NCBI GenBank assembly: GCA_036478295.1
Contig: JAZGDW010000099.1
Span: 1 to 22,073, forward strand
Reading direction: 5' to 3'
DNA from: Candidatus Krumholzibacteriia bacterium
Lineage (GTDB): Bacteria > Krumholzibacteriota > Krumholzibacteriia > WVZY01
DNA: 22,073 nt
This document shows, one piece after another, positions 7,581 to 17,157 of the stretch; the first letter of the stretch is position 1, and every line of letters starts with the position of its first letter. The position numbers were made by a program, and so were the translations under genes. The notes beneath the pieces are model-generated. The model was not told where the DNA came from and did no database searches. It saw nothing but the letters and a program-made list of their open reading frames with translations.

Positions 7581-9254
7581 TCAACAGATTTTTCCACCGG
7601 CTGTGGTGATCGCCGCCCCGTCATCGGGAAGCATGTCGTCTTCGACAACCCGTTCGCCACGAAACGCCCGCATCGCTTCGATAATCAGCACGACGGCGAG
7701 CACCAAGAGGACCGCCGCGATGGTACGGATGACGAGAAAATGGTTTTCCTTCACCAGCAGGCCCAGGGCGAGCAGGGTGACGCAGAACATGAAGATCATG
7801 GGAATAATGACGAAGACCGTCCGCCGGCCGGTGCGCTTGAGCCACACGCCGGTCGTCAGGAGCGCGAGCGCGCCGAGCAACTGATTGGTGGCGCCGAAGA
7901 CCGGCCAGATGGCCTGCCACACCGGAATGACCTGGCCCTGGGCGTCCCGGTACTCGGTCAGTGCCAGCCACAGCGGCAGGACCAGTGTGGCTACCGTGGC
8001 CAGGATGTGCCACTTTTTTCCCCAGACATTAAAAAATTCTTCAAAGATATAACGGGCGAGACGAGTGCCGGTGTCCAGCGTGGTGAGAAGAAACGTGCTG
8101 AGCGCGAGCAAGCCGAACGATGTCCCCAGCGTAGACGGCACTCCGAAGGAACCGAGAAAGGTGCCCATGCCCGAGGCGAATACCTCGGTCGGAGAGCGGC
8201 CGGCCAGCGCGCCGCCCGCGACCACGATGGCACTGACCGAAATCAGCGCAAGCATCCCCTCGACCAGCATGGAACCGTACGCCACGGGACGCGCCGCGCG
8301 CTCGTCGCTGAGCTGCTTCGACGTGGTGCCGGAAGCCACGATGGAGTGGAACCCCGAGCACGCCCCGCACGCTATCGTAATAAAAAGCGCGGGAAACAAG
8401 AACCCGATGTTGGTGTTGAACCCCGTGACCGCCGGCGTGCTGAGAGTATGCCCGCCAAGAACGATACCACCGACCCCACCGACGATACAGGCGATCAGCA
8501 AGTACGAAGACAGGTAATCTCGTGGCTGCAGCAGGATCCACACCGGTACGATCGATGCCACCATGCAATAACCAAGCAGGATGACTGTCCACGTGGTCCT
8601 TGGCTCGCCGTGCGCGAGGGCAGGCAGCTCGCCGAAGGGCACCTGCTGTCCCACCCAAATGGCGACGAAAACCAGGGGTACAAAAACCAGGCTTGCCTTG
8701 CCCAGCGGGACCTTGCCGCGGTAGACCGCGAGCCCCATCAGAATTGCCAGCACGATGTAAATGAGAGAAGAACTGGCGACGCCACCGTCGGCGGTGAAGC
8801 TGCCGGCCGTAAGATCGACGAACGCAACGAGTACGTAGACCATCGCCAGCCAGATAAAGGCGAGATAGAGTTTATGCGCCAGCGGGCTCATCATCTCGCG
8901 GGCGACCTGGGCGATCGAGCGCGCCTTGTGACGGATCGATACGACGAGCGCGGAATAATCGTGTACCCCGCCGACGAAGATCGAACCGAGAATGATCCAT
9001 AACACGGCTGGCAGCCAACCGAAGAACGCGACTGCGATAATCGGCCCCACGATGGGTCCCGCACCGGCGATGGAGGAGAAGTGGTGGCCCATCAGCACGG
9101 GCGTGCGCGCCGGCATAAAATCCGTTCCGTCGTAATGGGTATGGGCGGGCGTCTTGCGGGCGGACTTGATGTTGAACTGCCGGTCCAGGAACGCACCGTA
9201 CTTGCGGTAGGCGATAGCAAACACAACAATAGCTATGACAAGGAGTATAAGCAT
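7581..9254 (-). CDS. cstA: Carbon starvation protein A family transporter (peptide/pyruvate uptake)
   Basis: CstA motifs TPAH..YDGTDFMP, GHHFSSIAGAGPIVGP, GGVHDY, WILLQPRDYL, FITIACGACSGFH, GTTSKQL, YGSMLVEG, LTTLDTGTRLARY, WPVFGATNQL. I placed the start at ATG 9254 (MLILLVIAIVVF...), which follows GGGTGAG. The ORF-track extension to 9476 has no CstA character and overlaps the divergent promoter. Confidence 0.93.
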   Translation of the reverse strand: MLILLVIAIVVFAIAYRKYGAFLDRQFNIKSARKTPAHTHYDGTDFMPARTPVLMGHHFSSIAGAGPIVGPIIAVAFFGWLPAVLWIILGSIFVGGVHDYSALVVSIRHKARSIAQVAREMMSPLAHKLYLAFIWLAMVYVLVAFVDLTAGSFTADGGVASSSLIYIVLAILMGLAVYRGKVPLGKASLVFVPLVFVAIWVGQQVPFGELPALAHGEPRTTWTVILLGYCMVASIVPVWILLQPRDYLSSYLLIACIVGGVGGIVLGGHTLSTPAVTGFNTNIGFLFPALFITIACGACSGFHSIVASGTTSKQLSDERAARPVAYGSMLVEGMLALISVSAIVVAGGALAGRSPTEVFASGMGTFLGSFGVPSTLGTSFGLLALSTFLLTTLDTGTRLARYIFEEFFNVWGKKWHILATVATLVLPLWLALTEYRDAQGQVIPVWQAIWPVFGATNQLLGALALLTTGVWLKRTGRRTVFVIIPMIFMFCVTLLALGLLVKENHFLVIRTIAAVLLVLAVVLIIEAMRAFRGERVVEDDMLPDDGAAITTAGGKIC

Positions 9255-9457
9255 GGGCTCACCCGGCGCGCCGTTCAAGAACATAGAATACTTAGGCGGG
9301 GTCGCACAAGCGCTTGCGGCAAGTCGTGTGCAGAGGACCTGGCCTGGGCTCCAGCAACAGGACGGAGGCGACGGCCGGTGCGATCCACCTGGGTCAGCAC
9401 AGGCGCCGTACAGAGTGCGCGGCGCCACCTGCAACCATGGGTCGCGAAAGACGGTAA

Positions 9458-9486
9458 TTGCTTTCAGGGTCGCCATTTCCTATAAT
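9458..9486 (+). promoter_or_regulatory. Sigma70-type promoter of the DUF4159 operon
   Basis: TTGCTT (9458-9463), 17-bp spacer, perfect TATAAT (9481-9486), 41 nt upstream of the TTG start at 9528. Confidence 0.7.
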
Positions 9487-9527
9487 TGAGCAAGGTCAAT
9501 TCGGTGGTTTAACGTCGGAGTCGTCCA

Positions 9528-10325
9528 TTGCGAAGCGCACACAATTCATCACTGGCCGGGCGCGCGACTCGGCACCCTCTTGCGGCCGCCGCGGCACGGT
9601 TGCTGGTCTCCTGCGCTGTGACGGCGGCGGTGGTATCGCTCGCGCCGGCCACCATGCGTCCCCTCGCAGGCCTGGCGCCCGCCCGCGCGCGGGTCCCCAT
9701 CGGGGGCAATCCGGCCGACGAATACGGCATCCGTATCGCCCGTTTGAAGTACGGCGGCGGCGGCGACTGGTATTCCGACCCTTCGTCTATTCCCAATTGG
9801 TTAAACGAGTTCAAGAGACGGACGGGTATCAACACGCATGCGGAAGAGAAGATCCTCAGTGCCACCGACGAGGATCTTCGGGCGTATCCCTTTCTGTACA
9901 TGACCGGCCACGGCACCATCCGTTTCACGCCGGAGGAGTTGGAAGCCCTCCGGGCACACCTGGAGGCGGGCGGCTTCCTCTATGCGGACGATAACTATGG
10001 TATGGACAAGTCGTTCCGTCGCTTCGTGCGGCAGCTTTTTCCGGAGGAGGAGTTGGCGCCACTGCCCAATTCGCATCCCATCTACCACGTTTTCTACGAT
10101 CTGCCCGGCCTGCCGAAGATTCACGAGCATGATGGCAAACCCCCGCAGGGACTTGGGGTTACGTTGAACGGCCGCCTGGTGCTCTTTTACAGCTATGAAT
10201 CAGATATAGGAGACGGCCTGGAGGACAGGCGGGTCCACAACGACCCGGAGGAGAAGCGGGAACTGGCCGTTCGTATGGCTGTAAATATATTAGTGTATGC
10301 GATTACCCAGAACGCCTTTCCCTAG
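9528..10325 (+). CDS. DUF4159 domain-containing exported protein
   Basis: Family-typical segments IARLKYGGGGDWY, YPFLYMTGHG, GGFLYADDNYGMD, HPIYHVFY, GLPKIHEHDGKPPQG, YSYESDIGDG. TTG start with GGAG 7 nt upstream and an N-terminal hydrophobic segment. Exact start is uncertain. Confidence 0.85.
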   Translation: MRSAHNSSLAGRATRHPLAAAAARLLVSCAVTAAVVSLAPATMRPLAGLAPARARVPIGGNPADEYGIRIARLKYGGGGDWYSDPSSIPNWLNEFKRRTGINTHAEEKILSATDEDLRAYPFLYMTGHGTIRFTPEELEALRAHLEAGGFLYADDNYGMDKSFRRFVRQLFPEEELAPLPNSHPIYHVFYDLPGLPKIHEHDGKPPQGLGVTLNGRLVLFYSYESDIGDGLEDRRVHNDPEEKRELAVRMAVNILVYAITQNAFP

Positions 10326-10493
10326 GCCCACGGGAGGAGGCGGCGTTGTCCAGCGCCAACTCAATGGAATGAAAGCTGCTTCCCAGTTCACCGCCCCCCT
10401 GGGGAGCATGGATGGAACGCGCGCCGGTGCGGTAGCAGACCGAGACCGGCGGGGGCGTGGTGTCGGGGCAGCCGGTACGGAGGGTTCGAGCGC

Positions 10494-13400
10494 ATGTCCA
10501 AGAAAAGCGCCTTCTTCAACAACGAGCTTCGTCGCCAGCTGAGAAAGACCTGGGCCAGGACACTGGGCCTGCGCCTGGCTTCGGGACTGGTGACGTTCCT
10601 GGCTCTGGCTTCCTGGGTGTTTGTGCTCGTCGTCCTGTGGACGGCATCGACCGGAGATCCGCCGCTGTGGCAGACGTTGGCGGTAAGCCGCGCGGCCTTC
10701 GGCATCTCCGCAGGCCTGTTTCTCATTTTCATAGTTTATCCGCTCATCCGTGTACCGGGAGTCGGCAAGCTCGCCCTGGCCGTGGAGAGCCGCAAGGACT
10801 TCCATGACATCGTGGCCGCCGGCTACGAGTTCTCCAGTCGAGACGATCTCTCCCGCGGCTACTCGCCCACGTTGGTCCGTGAGGTCATCCGGCAGGCGGT
10901 GCGTTCGGTCAGCGGTCTCGAAGTACGCTTTCTTTTCCTCACCCGCCGGCAGCTGGCGCTGGTACCCGTCGCTTACGCGGCACTGATCGCCCTCATCATT
11001 ACCGCGTTCGCGGCGCCTTCGGCACTGCTCGAAGCCGGCCGGCGTGTTGTATCACCGCGTGAAGCGGCGGCCGTCAGCCACGATGCAAACCTCTACGCGT
11101 CACCGGGGGATATTACAGTGCTCGCGGGAAGCGATGTCGAAGTGACGGCGCTCGATTTCGGAGGAACGGAAGACCCGGTCGGGCTGTCGTACGATCTCTC
11201 CGGCGGGTTCTGGAAGACCGAGCCCACCGAAGAGGGGGCGAAACTCGTCGAAGGCGACGCGCCGATGAAACAGTACACCTACACCTTCAAGAGTATCCGT
11301 AACTCGCTGACCTACTATTTTCACTCCGGTGGCAACAAGAGTCCCGAGTACCGAATCACCGTGGTCAACAAACCCATCGTGACCGATCTGGCCATTGTGT
11401 TGATGCCGCCCGCGTACACGGGTGAAGCTCCCGACACGCTGGTCGACAGCGGCGGCAACGTGCAGGCGCTCGAAGGCACCCAAGTGCGGGTGGACGCGCG
11501 CGCGAACAACGATCTTGCGAGCGTGCGGGTGCGATTCGACGGCAGAAAGACACAGCCGATAGAGGTCAACGGCAAGGAGTTTGGATTCGACTTCGCCGCA
11601 CTAAAGGACGGGTCCTACAGTATTCTCCTGGAAGACGAGCGTGGACACGTCACCGATGAACCCCTCGTATACGCGATCGAGGTCTACTCCGACAACCCAC
11701 CGGTCCTCGACGTGCTCGAACCGGGCAGCGACGCGGCGCTCCCCCGAAATCTCAAGATGGACGTACGCTTCATTGCCTCGGATGATTTCGGGGTGAAAAA
11801 GGCCGATATCTACTACCGCAAGGGCGGTGTGGGGAAGTTCCGGCGCAACCGCATCGGTCTCGGCGCCGAGTCGGGCAAGCGAGAAATCGCCAAGGCGGTT
11901 ACGTGGAATCTGGACGAGGTCACGTTGTTTCCCGGTGATTTCATCGAGTACTTCCTGCAGATCGAGGACAACAACGTCGTCACCGGACCGGGGATCACCA
12001 AGAGCAAGATGTTCCACATTACTGTCCCGACCATGGCCGAGCTCTACGAAAAGATCAAGGAGGACGACGGCAACCGCTCGGATCTTTTTGAGGAAGCGAT
12101 GAAAGAGAGTAAGGAGTTCAAGAAGCAGGTGGAGAAACTGTCACGCGAATTCAAGAAGACCGAGCAGCTGGACTGGAGCCAGAAAAAAGAAATCGACAAG
12201 GCGATGTCATCGCAGGAGACCATCCAGGAAAAACTACAGGAGATCCAGCAGTCGCTGGAGGAAACCCTTGAATCGCTGTCGGACAACAAGATGACCTCGC
12301 AGGAAATCGGCGAAAAACTCGAAGAGATCAACCGCCTCATGGAAGAGATCAACGATGAGGCGCGGCAAAAGTACATGGAAGACCTCCGAGAGGCGATGGA
12401 GAAGCTCGACCCCAGGGATATCCAGGAGGCCCTGGAGAACCTCGAGCTCTCGGCAGAGGACCTTCTCAAGAGTCTCGAACGCACCGAAGCCCTGCTCAAG
12501 GAGATCCAGAAAGAGCAGGAAATGGAAGAGTTGGTGCGCAAGACCAAAGACCTGATGGACGCACAGGAGGAAGTCAGCGACAAGACGTCAGAGACGGATG
12601 CGGGTGATGCGGAGGAGATGAAACAGCTCGCCGAGGAACAGGAGTCGCTATCCGATAGCGCCGAGCAGCTCGAGAAAGACCTCGAGAAATTCGCGGAGGA
12701 ACTCGGCGGCGATCTCGAAGATCCTGAAATGTCCGAACAGATGCAGGAGACTGCGGAGGAGTTTTCGAAGAACGACACGTCCCAGAAAATGCGGGACGCC
12801 TCCGGTCAATTGCAGCAGCAGCAAAAACAGGACGCTCAGCAGAGCCAGGAACAGGCGATGGATGATCTCATCGCGCTCTTTACGAGGGTTGTGGAGATGC
12901 AGGCGGGAATGCAGAACGGGTCCCGCCGGCGCAGCGCGGAGAACCTGCAGCGCCTGGCTCGGGGCACGCTGGATATTTCGTTCAAGCAGGAGGACCTGAC
13001 CGAGCGCCTGCGGGAACAAGCGTCTACCTCGGACGCGGCCGGCGTCCGCGCGCTGGCCGAAGAGCAGCTGATCTATGTAAAGGCGGTCAGCCAGGTGGCC
13101 GACGAGCTGGACGAAATCGCGAAGAGAACGCTGGCGGTGCCGCAAACGCTCCTGGGAATGCTCGGGGAGACGATCACCCGTATGCAAAGCTCCATGGTGT
13201 TTCTCGAGCAGAACAAGGCGTTTCTGTCGACGACCAGCGCCGGGCAGGCGGTCACCAGCCTCAACCAGATTACCATCGCCCTGCTCAGTGCGAGTCGCAG
13301 CCAGTCGTGCGGCGGCGGATCGGGGTCGCAGCAGATGTCGGCGTTGCAGCGGATGCTGCAAGGCCAGCGGCAGATGCTGCAGGACTCCAAGGCGCTGGCG

Positions 13401-13886
13401 GCAATGCGCGCGGCGCAGGAGAAAATCCTCCAGGAGCGGCAGGCGGCCATGAGGCGCCTGGCCGGCCAGCAGCGCTCGCTGCGCGAACTCGCCGAGAACA
13501 TTCAGAAAGACATCAAAAAAGGCGACCGTCCCCTGGGGCGCATGGACAGGATTATCGAGGAAATGGAAGAAGTCATCCGTGATCTCGAAGGCGGAGTGCT
13601 CAACGAACAAACCCTCCGTAACCAGGAGAGAATACTGAGCCGCATGCTCGACGCCCAGCGCTCGGTAAACTCGCGGGATTACGAGAAGAAGCGCCGCAGC
13701 GTCACCGCCGAAGACGTTTTTTCGAACGTGCCAGACGGCGCCGATGCGCGCCGTACCTCGCAGATGCTGCGCGAGGAGATCCGGCGTGCCATGGCGCTCA
13801 AGGCGCCGGGCGAATTCGAAGACCTGATCAGGCTCTATTTCCGGGCACTGGCCGAAGAGGCTCCCCTCGACAGCGACGGCAAGTAA
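10494..13886 (+). CDS. Large membrane-anchored protein with Ig-like beta region and long E/Q/K-rich coiled coil (DUF4175-like)
   Basis: Three N-terminal TM helices; PPAYTG and ASDDFGV motifs; beta-rich middle region; roughly 550 aa of coiled-coil composition; ends with RQERILSRML-like NQERILSRMLDAQRS and ...IRLYFRAL. GGAGGG lies 9 nt before the ATG. Confidence 0.8.
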   Translation: MSKKSAFFNNELRRQLRKTWARTLGLRLASGLVTFLALASWVFVLVVLWTASTGDPPLWQTLAVSRAAFGISAGLFLIFIVYPLIRVPGVGKLALAVESRKDFHDIVAAGYEFSSRDDLSRGYSPTLVREVIRQAVRSVSGLEVRFLFLTRRQLALVPVAYAALIALIITAFAAPSALLEAGRRVVSPREAAAVSHDANLYASPGDITVLAGSDVEVTALDFGGTEDPVGLSYDLSGGFWKTEPTEEGAKLVEGDAPMKQYTYTFKSIRNSLTYYFHSGGNKSPEYRITVVNKPIVTDLAIVLMPPAYTGEAPDTLVDSGGNVQALEGTQVRVDARANNDLASVRVRFDGRKTQPIEVNGKEFGFDFAALKDGSYSILLEDERGHVTDEPLVYAIEVYSDNPPVLDVLEPGSDAALPRNLKMDVRFIASDDFGVKKADIYYRKGGVGKFRRNRIGLGAESGKREIAKAVTWNLDEVTLFPGDFIEYFLQIEDNNVVTGPGITKSKMFHITVPTMAELYEKIKEDDGNRSDLFEEAMKESKEFKKQVEKLSREFKKTEQLDWSQKKEIDKAMSSQETIQEKLQEIQQSLEETLESLSDNKMTSQEIGEKLEEINRLMEEINDEARQKYMEDLREAMEKLDPRDIQEALENLELSAEDLLKSLERTEALLKEIQKEQEMEELVRKTKDLMDAQEEVSDKTSETDAGDAEEMKQLAEEQESLSDSAEQLEKDLEKFAEELGGDLEDPEMSEQMQETAEEFSKNDTSQKMRDASGQLQQQQKQDAQQSQEQAMDDLIALFTRVVEMQAGMQNGSRRRSAENLQRLARGTLDISFKQEDLTERLREQASTSDAAGVRALAEEQLIYVKAVSQVADELDEIAKRTLAVPQTLLGMLGETITRMQSSMVFLEQNKAFLSTTSAGQAVTSLNQITIALLSASRSQSCGGGSGSQQMSALQRMLQGQRQMLQDSKALAAMRAAQEKILQERQAAMRRLAGQQRSLRELAENIQKDIKKGDRPLGRMDRIIEEMEEVIRDLEGGVLNEQTLRNQERILSRMLDAQRSVNSRDYEKKRRSVTAEDVFSNVPDGADARRTSQMLREEIRRAMALKAPGEFEDLIRLYFRALAEEAPLDSDGK

Positions 13887-13890
13887 CGAT

Positions 13891-15810
13891 TTGACCACAC
13901 GACACCGCATCTCGATTATCACCGCGCTGCTTGCAGGCGGCGTGGCGATCACCGCCATGGGCGGCTGGTGGACGCCCGCGTCGGGACAAACACGCACCCG
14001 GTTCAACACCGACGTCCGGACCGATCTCGGCTCGGCCCTGCGTGTGATCCGGCCCCTTGTGCGTGACGATCCCGCACGCGCCGTGTCGATGCTGCGGAAA
14101 CTGCGTACCGAATACCCCAACCACACGCGCATCTACCTCCTGCTCGGAGAAACCTACCAGGTCATGGGACTGGTCGATTCAGCGACGGCGGTGTACGAAA
14201 TCTGCCTGCGCGTCCAGCCGGCGAATATCCAGGCGGGCGCCTCCCTGGGAACGCTGTACATACAGGGTGAGCACCGCCAGCGGGGCGAGAAAGTGTTTCG
14301 CGACCTGCTCGATCTTACCGAGAACAGCGTGAACTCCTACCGCATCATCGGCAACACACTCAGCCGCTATGGGCTGTATGATCGTGCCATGCGGATGTAC
14401 GAGGACGGGAGGGTGCGTAACGACGACAACTATATCCTGACTCTCGACATCGCCTACCTGCACCGGACCATGGGAAACTACGAAGGTTCGCTGCGCGAGT
14501 ACCTGCACCTCATCGAGACCGCGCCGCGCCAGCACCGTCTCGCGCAGGACAAGATCATGGAACTGCTGCGCGAAGACAGCGAAGGCGGCGACAAGCTCCT
14601 GGGCATTCTCAAGCGAGACGCGGAAAGACCGGCGCCGAACCGCAAGATGGTGTTTGCCGTTCTGGCCATCGCCTATCTGGAACGCGGCATGCTCGAAAAC
14701 TCCCTGGAGATGGCGCTACGAGCGGACGAGCCCCGAAACGCCAGTGGCACCGTGCTGCTGAGCCTTGCCGATCGCGCCGTGGCCGAGTACCAGAGCCGCT
14801 CCTCGGGCCAGAAGGCCCGTTTCTTTGATCTTGGCCTGCGGGCGACAGAGGCGTTCCTCAATGGATACCCCTCGTCACCCCAGGTGCCGCGCGCCAAGTT
14901 GATGCTCGTCGACCTGCTCGTCGATATGGCCGCCGGCCGGGTGGACGGGCCGCGGACCATGCCGGTGGAAACGGCCCTGCTCCGGGCGATGAACGCGCTC
15001 GACTGGATAGTGTCCACGTATCCGGGCACCGAGCACGCAGAGCAGGCGTATCTGAAAAAGGGCGACCTGGTGTTGCAGCTCAAGAAGCAGCCGAAGAAAG
15101 CGCTCAAGATTTACAAAGACGGCCTGGTCAACGCTCGCATCCATCGTGCGAAGTTCGCCGAGCGGTTGGGGCGGGCCTACCTCATCACTGAAGAATACGA
15201 TCTCGCCCGCAAACATTTTGGGAATCTGGTACATTCAACCACGCGTGAGTTCCACGAGGCGGGCGTTTTCTACAGCGGGCTCCTGCTCGGGTTTACACAC
15301 GAGTACGAAACGGCGCGGGACACGCTGACCGCGCTGGCCGAGGGCAACCCGTCATCCGCCTACACCAACGATGCCATTGAATTCGCGTGGGCGATCGAGG
15401 AGGGGCTTCAGGGGGAACAACAAGTTCTCGCCCGGTACATCGACGCGCTCAAGGCGGAGATTGCCGGCGATACGGCCACGGTGATCGAGCACCTGCAGGC
15501 CATCGTGGGCCTTGCGACCGCGACGCCACTGCGCGCTCTCTCTCTCTTCAAACTGGGTGAGACCCTTCAGGGCATGAAGGACTACGATACCGCGATCGAG
15601 AGGTACGAGGAGTACCTCGGGGACTATCCGGCCAGTACGCAGTTGCCCGACGTGAAACGTCGCATCGCCGAGGCATACGAGCGCGGCTATGACAAGATGC
15701 AGCTGGCGCTCGAGACCTATGAGGATATTCTCTTGACCCATCCACACTACATCTTTCTCGATGAGGTACGAAAAGACGTAACGCGCCTCAGGGAGCTTCT
15801 GGGAGAGTAA
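13891..15810 (+). CDS. Exported tetratricopeptide-repeat protein
   Basis: Signal-like N-terminus. TPR-pattern helices such as IYLLLGETYQVMGLVDSATAVYE, AYLKKGDLV, SLFKLGETLQGMKDYDTAIERYEEYLGDYP. TTG start 4 nt after the upstream stop; exact start is uncertain. Confidence 0.85.
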   Translation: MTTRHRISIITALLAGGVAITAMGGWWTPASGQTRTRFNTDVRTDLGSALRVIRPLVRDDPARAVSMLRKLRTEYPNHTRIYLLLGETYQVMGLVDSATAVYEICLRVQPANIQAGASLGTLYIQGEHRQRGEKVFRDLLDLTENSVNSYRIIGNTLSRYGLYDRAMRMYEDGRVRNDDNYILTLDIAYLHRTMGNYEGSLREYLHLIETAPRQHRLAQDKIMELLREDSEGGDKLLGILKRDAERPAPNRKMVFAVLAIAYLERGMLENSLEMALRADEPRNASGTVLLSLADRAVAEYQSRSSGQKARFFDLGLRATEAFLNGYPSSPQVPRAKLMLVDLLVDMAAGRVDGPRTMPVETALLRAMNALDWIVSTYPGTEHAEQAYLKKGDLVLQLKKQPKKALKIYKDGLVNARIHRAKFAERLGRAYLITEEYDLARKHFGNLVHSTTREFHEAGVFYSGLLLGFTHEYETARDTLTALAEGNPSSAYTNDAIEFAWAIEEGLQGEQQVLARYIDALKAEIAGDTATVIEHLQAIVGLATATPLRALSLFKLGETLQGMKDYDTAIERYEEYLGDYPASTQLPDVKRRIAEAYERGYDKMQLALETYEDILLTHPHYIFLDEVRKDVTRLRELLGE

Positions 15811-15814
15811 CGGA

Positions 15815-17098
15815 ATGAGCGCTTTGCATTCACTCAGGCGGTTGGCGTTCACGGTGGTCCTGGCGATGGCCGTGCTGGCCGCGGCGGGGCGCGCCCAATC
15901 CGCCTCGATTCTCGTGCCGATGGACCTCACGCAGACCAACCATCTCAAGGCCTACGGCCTGGCGTTCCACGCGTTGCAGCAGGGACACATCGTGCACTGG
16001 CTTCTCAATTACCGGGGGGGCAGTTTTGTCATTCCGGCAAGCCAGAAGGTCGTGCTCGAAGCGCGCCTCAAGAATGTCTCCTTCTCGGAGATCAGCGGCT
16101 CGCAGCTTGCCGTCATCTATAGCGAAATCGAAAAAGAGAACATGGAGCTCGTGGTCCTCGAGAAAGCGCCGAAGGTCGCGGTTTATACACCACCCAACAA
16201 GCAGCCCTGGGACGATGCGGTGACGCTGGCGCTGACGTATGCCGAGATCCCGTTCGACAAGGTCTTCGATGCAGAAGTGTTGGCAGGGGCGCTGTCCGAC
16301 TACGACTGGCTTCACCTGCACCACGAGGATTTCACGGGGCAATACGGAAAATTCTACGGCGCATACCGTCACGCGGAATGGTACCGCACGCAGCAGATTC
16401 AGTCGGAAGCGCTCGCGCGCAAGCTGGGATTCGACAAGGTTCCGGAAGCAAAAAAAGCCGTCGCTGAGAAAATCCGTGCGTACGTCCTCGGTGGCGGGTT
16501 CCTCTTTGCCATGTGCTCCGCGTGCGACACGGTTGATATCGCGCTGTCCGCCGCGGGCATCGATATCGTCTCCAAGGAATACGACCACGACGGCATGACG
16601 CCCGGGTTTCAGGACAGGCTGGACTACGACCGCTGCTTCGCTTTTACCGGTTTCCGGCTGATCTCGAATCCGCTGGTCTACGAGTTTTCCAATATCGACA
16701 CAAGCGACTACGCCAAGGCCCGGAGCAGCGAAGCCGATTATTTCACGCTCTTCGAGTTCTCGGCCAAGTACGATCCCGTACCGTCGATGTTGACGCAGAA
16801 CCACGTCAACGTCGTCAAAGGGTTCCTCGGTCAGACCACCGGTTTCAAGAAGGCGCTGGTCAAGCGCAGTGTGGTCATCCTCGGTGAGGACCCCGCCCAC
16901 ACCGAAGTCAAGTATGTCCACGGCAACTTCGGAATGGGCACGTTCACCTTTCTGGGCGGGCACGACCCCGAAGACTACCAGCACGCCGTGGGCGATCCTC
17001 CTACCGATCTCGCCCTGCACGTGAACTCGCCCGGCTACCGATTGATTCTCAATAATGTCTTGTTTCCGGCAGCCAAGAAGAAGAAAATGAAGACGTAG
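15815..17098 (+). CDS. Conserved exported protein with a class I glutamine-amidotransferase-like core (family commonly auto-annotated asparagine synthetase B in Bacteroidetes)
   Basis: Signal peptide ending AGRAQS. Family motifs PMDxxQTNHLKAYG, WLLNYRGGSF, PWDDAVTLALTYAEIP, YDWLHLHHEDFTGQYGKFY, GGFLFAMCSA, GGHDPEDYQH, NSPGYRLILNNVLFPAAKKK. No N-terminal Cys (Ntn) domain and no SGGLDS motif, so it is not a true AsnB. Confidence 0.8.
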   Translation: MSALHSLRRLAFTVVLAMAVLAAAGRAQSASILVPMDLTQTNHLKAYGLAFHALQQGHIVHWLLNYRGGSFVIPASQKVVLEARLKNVSFSEISGSQLAVIYSEIEKENMELVVLEKAPKVAVYTPPNKQPWDDAVTLALTYAEIPFDKVFDAEVLAGALSDYDWLHLHHEDFTGQYGKFYGAYRHAEWYRTQQIQSEALARKLGFDKVPEAKKAVAEKIRAYVLGGGFLFAMCSACDTVDIALSAAGIDIVSKEYDHDGMTPGFQDRLDYDRCFAFTGFRLISNPLVYEFSNIDTSDYAKARSSEADYFTLFEFSAKYDPVPSMLTQNHVNVVKGFLGQTTGFKKALVKRSVVILGEDPAHTEVKYVHGNFGMGTFTFLGGHDPEDYQHAVGDPPTDLALHVNSPGYRLILNNVLFPAAKKKKMKT

Positions 17099-17128
17099 CG
17101 GGGGCGTATTTCGCTGTCGACAAAGCGC

Positions 17129-17157
17129 TTGACACGCAACTTCATTTGAAGAATAAT
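17129..17157 (+). promoter_or_regulatory. Sigma70-type promoter upstream of the small zinc-ribbon gene
   Basis: Perfect TTGACA (17129-17134), 17-bp spacer, AATAAT (17152-17157, 5/6 match). Confidence 0.6.

Noticed and set aside
9255..9476. N-terminal extension of cstA given by the ORF track
   Set aside because: No CstA character, and it overlaps the divergent TTGCTT/TATAAT promoter. The first TM helix starts at ATG 9254.
15815..17098. Assigning the gene symbol asnB
   Set aside because: It lacks the Ntn-glutaminase N-terminal Cys and the SGGLDS synthetase motif, and it carries a signal peptide.
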